Of a DNA stretch of 64,000 nt, positions 1 through 11,416 are shown one piece after another. The position numbers were made by a program, and so were the translations under genes. The notes beneath the pieces were generated by a model. It ran no database searches. It was not told where the DNA came from and saw nothing but the letters and a program-made list of their open reading frames with translations. Numbering within the stretch: the first letter of the stretch is position 1; the number at the start of each line of letters is the position of its first letter. The stretch spans positions 930,001-994,000 of the forward strand of contig NW_027271042.1 of NCBI RefSeq assembly GCF_040938485.1. The letters run 5' to 3'. The DNA is from Diadema antillarum. Taxonomy: Eukaryota.

Positions 1-668
1 AATAGCATCACCCAGTGTTACATATGAAAGGTTAAAACACATGTGTTGTTCTCATTCTATCTTTAGATAATCTTATGTTTGATTATGTCGATAACATGCA
101 ATAGTATTGGTACTGGTTTCCCAATTTGTATGACCCCTGCTGATTCACCAGTGCTTCTTGAATGCAATACTGTATTTATTAGTTCTTTAGCAAGCATTAT
201 TATCACTGTCTGCAAAAGTGAACTGTCATTGTCAATGCCATTGGTAAACGAGATTTGAATTAACTGAAAGAAAAAACACTGTTGAACGACCCTGAATTCT
301 TATGTACTTTGTTTATAATTAAAGACAAAAAAGCACAAAAAGATACCTTTTAGTACATAATGGAAAGTCATTTGTGCTTTCCTTTATCAAATTCATATAC
401 ATTCTTCTTTAATTTATGCAATATCTGAAAAAGTGTGATCACATGGGTCGCGGGTTAAATGTTCACTGGGGAGACATCAAAAAATCTGGGCATATTATGT
501 CATTGTAGAGACGGTTTTGTCAACAATGAGTGCTAGGTAGTAAACAGTTTTGGTGACTGTATAACATCATGCTTTCTTCTTCGTATTGTTTTGAAACTTC
601 GTTTTTGTCGTTATTTTTAAACCTGTTTATCTGAATCGTGACTTTTATCTTTTATCTTTTTTCGACAG

Positions 669-2476
669 TTTCTGTTGGGTTTTGGAAGCATCTCGGCCCT
701 GTGTGTAAAGAGTATTTGGACTCTGATATTACGAGTTTTGGATCCGACATTAACTGTGGTCAGAGTTTCTTCCACATGGGCCGCGCAAACCTGCTGTGTG
801 TGAGACTACCCGGATGGTCGACTTATTTTCCGGTTTGGAACTCGTCAGTCCCGTATTGCCGGGCAGAAGATGATGCAACAAACGGTCTGTCTTACTTAGT
901 TAGTTAACAATATGTCATACTTTAGCTCAAAGCAAACACATTTTTAAAGCTTATTAGTCAGAGTAGAGAAAGACACAATAGCTCATCTTGATTGAGAAGA
1001 CTGAACCGTGCTGGCTGGAATCATGATTTCATGATTCTATGATCTGCCGACAGATACTCCGTACACTATCTTCATCTCAAAAGAAAAGGAGAGAAGATTA
1101 AATAGACGAAGAAGAAGAAAATAAAATTTCATCCAAAAGGTCTGGAGAGCACAATTATGATAACAAATAGAGCTCAATAGTCTTGTTTCAAGACCTTGTT
1201 CACTAATGCTCAATGTTTAGAGACTGACTAAATTATTTAGTAATTCGTTCCTTCTGTCATTACTATTTGATTGGATATTGATTAACATGATATTATTTCT
1301 AACACGAATGCAGTGGTAGCCAAATACGACGGAGATGGTTGCTAACAGATGCAGCATAATCGAGGGGAGGGGGCACTTCAGCTCTTCCCACCCTCCCTCA
1401 AAAAGAAGAAGAAGAAGAAAAATCTATGACAAAAAAAAGATAATGCATTGTCGGAGAAACTGTTAAATATGGTAAAAAGGTTGAATTATAAATCTGATAT
1501 ACTTTTTGTGGCAAATATTAGACGGATAAAATCTTTAGCCAGAAATACAGGACAGGAGTGTAGATATACGTCATCTTACTGTATAAGATGGTCATAGAGG
1601 CACATTTTACTTTAAGAAAATAATAAGCGACCGTATGGTGACGTGTAGACTTGCAGAAAATAATCCGTTATCTTCAGCATAAATTGACCTTTATCCATCC
1701 AAAAGCTACATTATACTGTTGCACGAACTTCATAAAATTCATTGCCAGAAAATGGCATTTTAATCAAATTTTCATAACCCCTGATCATGACCCATGCCTC
1801 AACTTTCACCACTGTCATTTCATGCAACTAATGTTGCATTCTGAATATCAAATCTCCTTATTCAATATTATCTTACGTCGATATTCCGAGCTAGAATTGT
1901 GGCTGGATATTGCAATTAGATTAAAGAAAAGTGACGTGGGATCCTGACTTTAGATCTCTGAGCACTATCTGTTCAATGCAAAAATGGTCAATTAATATTG
2001 TACAATGTTAACCATCTAAACCCAATCAGGGCATACGTCTTATGTTGCTTGCCTTGACCGAGAACTATAAGAACATCCACAGTTTGTTTTTGCAAAATAT
2101 ACTTTACAAAAACTTAACAAAGGATTGCGATCTCGTGTTTCCAGGTAACAAAGTTTGATTTCATGACGAAGGTTCTATCTGATGTACCATTTCTGTTTCT
2201 TTAGGCCTGCAGACAAAGTTCATCGCACTGATTATTGGAACCCCTGTCTGTTTCGCAGCCATGATGCTTGCCATTTTATCTATTGCATGGTACATTCATC
2301 AGTGGAAAAAGTGAGTGCGACGATAATCAACTTTTTTTTTAGTATCTTCGTGTGTGTGTTTCCATATAGGTACCATGCGAATTACGTCTTGCAAGTATTG
2401 ATTTTAACCGAAAGGACGGAACACACAATTTCAGATAAATGTTTATCTATTACTGCCCCGAGCTCTGCCCTGTATA

Positions 2477-2516
<40 letters not shown>

Positions 2517-4100
2517 TTGTTATATATACGCACACGCAAAAAAGCCCTACAAAATATAGGAAGAAACGAAGGGCAATGGAATTTAAACAATCTTTCAACA
2601 TTTATAAGTAAAAAATAAAAAGAAATCAGTTTCATCTGTTTGAGCGATTTTGTATAAGGGAATTTCGCTATAGAATTTTAAGAAAAAGTTAATCATATCC
2701 AATAGTCGTTCTCACATGTATCGGTATTGAGATGTATTACGACGTATTCCCCTGACATTTTATCTTTCCTTCTTTTTGATCAACAGGAAATGTAGACGTC
2801 AGGAAGATTCAAATAAATCAGATACCCACTCATTGCGCTCTATCAATACCGATGCTCGCAAGGTGCATTGCTCTTTGCCGGAACGTCCACTCAACAAAAC
2901 AGGCGACGTCACAGTTAATCAGCAGAGCGAGGATCACGTCTACCAGAGCTCTGTAGAGGTGATCTCCGTTGATTATAATTATCGTTACGATAGTTGGTCG
3001 TTACTCTACGACCGAATTCTATGAAGTATTTAACTCTTTGTTTTATACCGCAAAATATTACTGACTTTAAAAATACACATTTCTCTTGTAGAACTTTCAT
3101 GTAAGGAATTTTTCCTCTTAAGTTCCCTAATAACTTAACTCATAAAGACGCCTATAATGGAGGGGTTTTGAAACATTCAAAAAAATAAAAAAATTTTCAA
3201 ACATCGTTTCATTTCAAATATAAAGTAGATGAAATTGGTATGAATTAGAGCTGCACTAAAATTTGTTTGATAAAGAGTTTTAAAAGAGTAGGCCTCGTGA
3301 TGTCATATTTTTCTTCACTGGATCTGGACGACACTCTTTATAGCAGCAAACATGTTGTATACACATTGTTCAGACACATTGTGTACCTATAGAATAAAAA
3401 TGAAAAGTCAATATCGGCAACCTGCATTAACATGCTTTCCTCTACTCATCGATTGCACTTGGCACAGGATCATAGTCATAAATCGGAATTGATCAACGAT
3501 CCAAAAGACTCGATTTCCCGGTCTCTCCAAGACTTCATACACCGAGATAGTACTGAAGACATCACGGAAGACATCGTGCAGTGTCAAGACACCACAGCCG
3601 ATGCCAAGAAAGGGCAATACATGAATGTGACAGAAAATGTGAAGAAAAAGAAAGGAGAAGTCAAGTTTGTTGAATGTATGGACTCGTCTGCAGCTGAAAA
3701 CGACGTTGATGAACACGGTTATTTGATTTCCAATGTAGGCATACGGAATGCTATGAATAGCGAACCTTCAGAAAACTTTGAAGATGGAAAGGCTCGTGAC
3801 AACTTTGACAGTGACCAATCTTTCGGAGAAGCAATGGGCAAAGGTTTAGTTAGGCATTCTAGACCAGGAGATAACAACGGTGCATGTGGGGTTACATACG
3901 AGGAGATTCCATCAACTTTGGACCAATCCGCGACCATCAGAGAACCGCCACTTGACCACGAGTACTCGACTATCGAGAGAAATAATGATTCTCATGCGAA
4001 GGGCATGAACAATGCTGTGTTTTCTGTTTCAATATCCTTAAGCAAGGACAGAGAAGAACACGAGTTGGACGAAAATGGGTATCTCCTTTTTGAAACATGA
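669..4100 (+). CDS. Receptor paralogue A, 3' part only (Sushi/CCP-like, TM, Tyr-rich tail); exons 1-5 presumably lie upstream of the window
   Basis: Exons with AG/GT boundaries and compatible phases: ex6 669-884 (SVGFWKHLGPVC...CGQSF...LLCVRLPGW...WNSSVPYC), ex7 2205-2310 (TM FIALIIGTPVCFAAMMLAILSIAWY), ex8 2787-2958, ex9 3468-4100 (stop TGA). Open throughout. Window position 1 matches the start of intron 5 in copies C/D. Confidence 0.85.
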
Positions 4101-6630
4101 TTGCGCTGGTGAAATCATAGAAGATCAGAATGTGAACTTGGACAAAGAAGAACCTTCCCTCCCCCACTCACACAGCAGTCCTAGAACAAATTAGTCTTCA
4201 CAGTCCGAAGTGGACGAAAGGTCAGATCAAAGTCAGATCATGTACGAGAGCATTCCTCTTAACCGAGAACTCTGGAGATGCTTTGATTTCTTTTCACTAT
4301 TCAGTCTGGACTAAAAGGAGACTTATGAAGGGAAGTTAATAACTCCATTGTTACACCCAATTTTTGAAGAAAAGACCAGTTAAACTCGACCTGTGTGGTC
4401 TATGAAATATTATAGAATTCAGGAGATACTTATCAATGTCCTGATTGATGATCATTTATACATTCATTTCATTTACTTCCAAATTCTTATTGAAATTACG
4501 AAGAACAAAGTGCAAATAACATTACATTACGTAACAGTATACATGTACAAGAAGAAAAAACACAATGGAGGGAAAGAGAAAAAAGAATAAAAAAGTAAAT
4601 TCAAAGAGAGAAATGGAAGAGCCAGCAGAGGCCATTGGCCTTTCTACGGCTGGACTCCCACTTGAGATTTTATGTAAGTTAAAAGATACGCTTAAAAAGA
4701 GGGAAAGAAAGATAAAATGATAGGGAATAAATTGACAAATATTCTTATCTCACTGCGAGAGCACATGAATCTTATAGCGAATAATAGTGCTGCGTTTTCA
4801 AAATCAAATCGTCTGGGAGGGGTAAAATCTGTGTGCAATAGCGATTAGAGTTTTTATCCTCTTACCACAGAATCATTTCCATGGCAGGTAAAATGGATTG
4901 AAGACAGCAGTAGCAAAAATTTAATTTGGAGCAGCTATAAGAGCAGCTGCGGAAATGAATAACATATAGGTTTATTCACGTAGGAATAGATTATGAGGAA
5001 TTTTTGTATGATAATGGTACATATGGAGAAAATCAGATATCAAATGAACTTATCTTTAGAATAATCTGTGTCATCTGTAATATTGTAGAAAAACAAGCTG
5101 TTACTAAAAAAAAAAAGAAACCATGAAGCATTACTTTACTCGAAGTTTGCCTATTGCAAAAACTGGCACATCTGTAGTATTTAACCCAATGTATGTTTAC
5201 AATTGTCATATCCACTGTAGTTTACATTTGAATAAGCTATATTAATGGTTGTAAAAATCGTAATTCTTTCATTACAACGTACTAACATTGTTCATATTCT
5301 CATTTGAATTTTTTGTTGTTGTTGAGCTCTTATATCTACATTCTGGTTATAGTCAAGAATGAGGCAATGTAAATATAGTAGGGTTCCGTTTCCACTTGCA
5401 TATAGACGTAATATAGAGAGACTACGATGTAAGATTTTTGTTATTGTAAGTAATACGAGTGTACCATTACACTCATATATGTTATCATACTCTCGCATGT
5501 ACTGTACATAGTACCTTACACACACACACACACATCAAGTAAAATGTATATACTTAGTACATTTATACGTACGATGGAAGCATACATGACACTGCATGAT
5601 GGCTTCATTTGATAATATGATCATGATAATAATTGGTTTTTTTTTGTCTCTGAAATGATGAACTATAACAGCGAATAATACTATACCACCTTAGATTAAA
5701 CGAATGCTTGAACAATATCGTCATGATTAAGGAGCTTTCGTTCAACCTTGACGTGCTCGAAACAAACAATCCTATATTGTTCCTAATCTTTTCACAAAAC
5801 GAAAGTACGAGGGATATGCTATAAAAACTATGGACATTTCGTGTACATAATAAAACCAAGCGATGATTGGCATTCTCATGTTGCTGTTGAAAATTCAGTC
5901 TATTGTTTTGTTGGAAGCTTTAGATATGTAATGGGGCTCCTAATTTAACTCTCTAATGTACGTGCAAGAAGTGTTTAAAAGTTTCACTTTGCCAGTTTGC
6001 GGGGTCAAGCTTTTTGTATACCTCGAAATAAGCAGGGATATTTTACATTGAGAAAGAGGCAGTTAAGAACTTCCTACTTTGGTTCAAATTTGACAAAATA
6101 TAGTTATATCAATAATAGCAATCCTAGCTCCATCTCAGTGCCTCTGGATATCAACGCACTCATGATATAAAAAACAAAACAAAACAAAACTAAACTAAAC
6201 TAAACAAAACAAAACAAAATAAAAACCTTCAGCCGATGAACAATAAGCTTACATATAAAATTTAGGTTGAAAATTTGTTTAATTTGAATGTTTGCTATAC
6301 AGCAAACGATCGCAATGTTGTATTATCAAAATATAAAACGCTATATGAATATAAATTTTTGAGTACTTCTTGAAAATATCATGGTACATCCTAAATTGGG
6401 TAGATTTCAGTACCAATTTATGAAATGGCGCTTGTAGACCTACTCCATTCGGCTGGACATGCGTTTGTGCGTTTATTCACGGAGGGAGAGCACAAGGTCT
6501 CCAGACCGTTCGGATTTGTTACAATATTTTCTGCCATTGGCTGTGTTCATCTTTGTCTGTTTTGATCCGACAATACATCACATGATAGCACGGACAGGTG
6601 ACATATTCTCGCTTTACACATTACTTTTAA

Positions 6631-7014
6631 GGGGATAGTACAGTATTGGTGGTGATAAGAATTGGGCTTTTAACGTTTTGCGAGATACCAAGAAAATACT
6701 TGTGATGATAGTACAGAGCATACCATTTTAAGATGAATTCAAAGTTTATTTGATGAAAATTGGGTTTGGAATGACTGAAACATCCAAACATAAAGTAAAA
6801 CAAAGCGATCGTAATAAAGTGTGGGTCCCACACGTCATCAGAATCGCTCTCTTTTGTGGATATCTCAGCCATTTCAAAACCAATTTTCATTAAATAAACG
6901 TTGAATTCCTCGTAGAATTACACGCTCTTTCATATTTTATAAGAGGTTTCTCATTATCTTACCACAAATGTTAGAAACCTGAAATTAGTTCTCAACCAAA
7001 ACTACACGGTCCCT
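6631..7014. mobile_element. Kolobok-like MITE in the intergenic spacer (copies at 31497-31880 and 47880-48263)
   Basis: TTAA|GGGGATAGTACAGTATTGGT ... ACCAAAACTACACGGTCCCT|TTAA: degenerate ~25-bp TIRs with purine termini and a TTAA site. Confidence 0.55.
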
Positions 7015-8392
7015 TTAAACCAAAGGAAAGAAATTTCAATATTTCTTTATATCATGAATATAGAGAGAGTTGACACCCTAAGATGTTTTCTTAACCAAAA
7101 ATAAATTCATTGTTCTCGCTGATATGATTTCGATGACTCGACAAAAAATCATTCACGTCTTCCTTAAAAAACAATTACAAGACTTTTACAGCCAGATTAC
7201 TAAGTGCCACTTTCCGAACGTCATATCCCTCACTTGTCGTGTTATGTTTTTAAGTGCTAATGACATTAGTAAGTATCAATTTAAATCTAAGTGATGTATC
7301 TCTACCCTTTTTGTCCTTTTTTGTTTTACACCATAACAAAATTACTCTTGCAAATTTTGATTCTTGGCAATACACAAACGGTATAAAATTCGAAGTGGAA
7401 ATGTATCTTTTTAATCTATACTATATTCTTCATGATGATAAAAGTCTGTCAACATAGCAAAATTGTAGACACCATGATGACTATTTCACCAATATCAAAT
7501 ATGAAGAAGTTTTTCTGATATTTAAGCTTCTACATTCTGAAATAATTCTACGACAAAAATCAAAACATTACAAAAAATAGAAAATATGATTTTAACCTAC
7601 AAATGGGCTTTGTCATAAAGCCAACAACGTTTTAACGGCACTCTACCCACTGGCACCTCATGTATTGAATACACACAACCCATGCACACACAGTGTACAC
7701 TTCAACCACATATTATAGTTAAATAATGTATGGTATACTTTGGATTATAAATTCCCTCTGCGATGTAACATATAAATCTAAAACGGCCTTTCCCTGCCTT
7801 TAATATTTCCATTGTGATAGAAATCAGATATTGATTCACTATGAATAAGAATTACTCTTCTTTGATAAAGCCAGTCAGCAATTGAGTACTGAGGTATGCC
7901 AGTGAAATAATAAAAAAAAAATCGCACTAACCTATATAGCAACTCATTAAATCCGGTGGATGTACAAAAGCCTGTTAAAAGGGATGATATACCTTTGGTT
8001 GAGATGCATGTTTCTAATTTTCCTGGTGAGATAACGAAAAACCTCTTATGAAATATGAAAGAGCACACTATAATTCCAAAAGGAGTTCAAAGTTTATTTG
8101 ATGAAAATGGGTTTTGAAATATCTGAGATAAATGCGGGGGATCACCGAAGTGATGCGGCTTTTTGAGTATGTTCCAAACGCAAACAGAAAAACTGACCAG
8201 AATGAATATCAATAATTAGTGGAAAATTGATCAAAGAAAATGGCATTTACCCCAAGTTGAATTATCCTTATGATAGGTTCAAGAGTGTGCACGTGTGTGT
8301 CACACACAAACATACTGCCATGGCTTCTAACCATTCGAGCACTGAGAATTTAGGGTTTTGGCAACGAACACAGAACTAGGGCTTTTTGTATG

Positions 8393-8760
8393 TCAGTCGG
8401 TACAGCGCTAGGCTAGCAATCAGGAGGTCTTGGGTTCGAATCCCTATGGAATCCCATTTTCTTTTCTCAATTTTCTACTAATAATTAACATTCGTAATGG
8501 TCAGTTTTTCTGTTTGCGTTTATTATATACTCTGTAATATTTCCTAAGTAGAATATTAAACAGAGGGGTGTAGGTTGATGTGTGAATTTTCTTTAATTTG
8601 TATCCCTTACAATAGAAATCATTTTGTAATATCTCAATTGGTGATCTATAATATAACAAACATGTCAAAAATTAAGGAACTGCGGATCTCAAACCTGTAA
8701 TCCACTGCTTTCCGGGCAGCGACACTACCATCAGGCTATCCGTGGTTGCTGGCAGTGACA
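8393..8760. mobile_element. Two tRNA-derived SINE head remnants (+ ~8393-8450; - ~8672-8760), repeated in each spacer
   Basis: B-box GGGTTCGAATCCC on +; A-box-like TAGCCTGATGG and B-box-like GGTTTGAGATCC on -. No intact acceptor stem. Confidence 0.45.
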
Positions 8761-9799
8761 TGTTTGTTAAATTAATGGTCAGCAGTTGCGATCTTACAAA
8801 TTTCATCTGTAGAGGGAGACAAATTGGTTTTTAAGTGTGGCAAAAAGTTAAAAGCAGAATCCTCATTTCAAGCTATACCATGAACATTATCATCCCTATT
8901 AATAAATAGACGTAAATCAGTTCCCCACACACATTGCTTTTCCTTAAAACCTCTCATGGTTTGAATAGATCATAAACAGCAATTTGGATTTCATATCAAA
9001 ACTGAAACACACCAACAATCTATCAGTCGTGAGGATTGTCGTGAGACAAAAACGGAATGAACGTGAACAATTCAAGTTAATGTCTTCGACTAAATACTAA
9101 TCACATGCTGTTCAGTAAATCGAAAGTGACTGGAAGACTATACTATACATGGCATTGTTTCTTGAAAATTGCCTATTCTCACGAAAAGATACAAGCATGA
9201 TAATCAGTTTTGTTTAGATTTTTAGATAGTTATAAAGGAAATAACAGGAAAGGTGAAATAGAAAAGGCAATCATGAAAAACCAGGAAAAACCGCCCAAAT
9301 AAGCAACACAAAACCAGTAAAGCAAAGGATCGAATGACATAGTCCCTTGAGATTTAGAACGTGAAGCATCATCCCGTGATCATAATTTGACAAATGATTA
9401 GAGCGAAATTAAAGTGAACGGTTGAAGTCTCACGAAATTCGACAGTTAAAAAAAATCATTAAATTGCAGTGTACAAGCATGTAATTTTAAGACGAAACGA
9501 TGGTGTTGGTTGGTAATCATGTACAGATGACAATGTCGTCGCTTTACAAGTCTATTGACTTACCATGCAACATATTATCACTGTTTTATTTTCAGAGAAT
9601 AAAATGAAAGGATAAGGCTGGACTGAACTGCATAATTCTCATTAAACTGTCGAGGAGTTGTACAAAATTCAGCAACGAACTTTCAAAGAGGATGGGCTTT
9701 AAATATTAGTAGAAAAATTTGTTGACAAAAACAGCTCTCTTCCCGTAACTTCCAAGTTATGCAGACTTAATTAACATAAGGTAATAAATAAAAGTTATG

Positions 9800-9990
9800 C
9801 TCAGACTAGGGAAATGTGCAGGTCAATGTGTTTTGCCCTTCAGCAAAGGCACTTTGTCCACATTGTTGCCCTTAAGCCAGGAGTATAGATGGGTAGGCTC
9901 TAACCGGCAGGATGAAAATGTTTATGTTGATTGATCAGCACAATATGCGCTCCCGTAAAATGGCGACTGGCTTTTGAATGCTTCCCAGGA
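9800..9990 (+). mobile_element. CORE-type SINE remnant upstream of each copy
   Basis: GCCCTTCAGCAAAGGCACTTTGTCCAC...CCAGGAGTATAGATGGGT resembles the CORE-SINE central domain. Also at ~34690-34880 and ~51110-51300. Confidence 0.35.
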
Positions 9991-10176
9991 AGTAAGAGAG
10001 TTGGACAGAAAATTAGTTTCACACAGCTACACAGTTTATGGCAGATGATACACATACCTTATGGGTTGCAAAGCATTGATGCGCACGCTATCTCGGCCGC
10101 CGTATCTCCAATGACACCAGCGATGACATTGCGTTATCACCGGTAATTGGTGAACTTGTCCACAGCGGACTGGAAA

Positions 10177-10275
10177 ACGTCACTTTCAACTGCACTCCCA
10201 CCGTATAATACTTTCACATTTCTACACCTGGAAGTGAATTGATTTGAGCAAAGGTATCTCCCATCGAGATGGGGT
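10177..10275 (+). promoter_or_regulatory. Candidate proximal promoter with IRF/ETS-like motifs
   Basis: CTTTCACATTTCTA (reverse complement GAAATGTGAAAG, ISRE-like) at 10211-10224, GGAAGTGAA (ETS/ETS-IRF-like) at 10230-10238, and palindrome CCCATCGAGATGGG, 80-180 nt before the ATG. Similar in C and D. Short motifs only. Confidence 0.3.
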
Positions 10276-11373
10276 CACTCTTTGATTATACGCGTTAAGA
10301 GGGACTAAAATAGAATCTATACATTCGTGAATTCTGGTCATAAAACAAAGATAGAAATGTCTCCCGTAGTCTGGTTGATTGCCTGTTTCTCGCTCTACCA
10401 GCCGTTGCTCACGTCCTCAAGCACGGAAAGTAACACGACATGTACGTATCTTTTCTTTTTCTTTTTTTTAATGTGGTAGTAGTGGTCTTTTGTTTAAGGA
10501 TATTTTCGCAGATCTTTCTTTCTTCTCAAGCCTTTTTTTTTAAATAAGCTGCTGAATGCATTGTTGTGAGAGAAAGAAATCATGTCGCACCTTGTTTAAT
10601 GTACTAGCCCCGGCCTTAGGTACGGACTGTAAACTTTCTTATATCATACAGCTGTAGTATAAGTCACTACAGTAATGTCTCCCTTAAAAAAGGACAGTGA
10701 ATAATAAGACACTATGCAGTAATGTTTGCTAAATGATACCAATCTTTCATTCATTGTGCCTGCAGATTTTACTCTCAACTGCCCGGGGAGGCCACTAACC
10801 CTCAGCATAAGGGGTGATAGAACAAACATCACCAACAGTATTTGGGTAATAAAAGCCCCTCCAGGACGGCGATTTCTCATTGAAGTTCAGTCTATCAAGG
10901 AAAGACTGATGAAATTTCATATTCAAGATGTCATATCCAACAGAACATTTATGACTGGGCCTGTGGATAAAACAGTCTCCGTTTTATCACTGACACATGA
11001 GATGAAAGTGCGTGTACATGGTACCATACATTATAATCCAGCGAATTTTAAGATGAATGTGACATGTTATGACGGTAAGTATCCATTGCCTTGTATGATA
11101 AGTATAAGTGTTTATACACTTTCTCCACGATCTTACTTGAGCAGCGGGTACAAATATTTCTATTTGGAGCTCACATTGTCTAAGTCTTCTGCCGAGAAAT
11201 AGATGTATGCATAGCTTTACTGAGGATAATAATATAATCCTCAGCACGCCTTTACTACGACTCAATGTATTATACACTGAGTCGTAGCAAAGGCATATTA
11301 ATAAAAGAACGTGATCTATCTTTTATTCCTCGAATACTACCCAGGAAACATTAGTCTCCTTTTGCCCCTCCCC

Positions 11374-11416
<43 letters not shown>

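Noticed and set aside
2182-2635. ORFs with YIYIYI runs, and other 60-100-aa spacer ORFs repeated in each unit
   Set aside because: These are microsatellite translations or off-frame readings of real exons; recurrence reflects the segmental duplication, not coding constraint.
8393-8450. tRNA gene (GGGTTCGAATCCC)
   Set aside because: Only the B-box/T-arm is recognisable; there is no acceptor-stem pairing. Best read as a SINE head.
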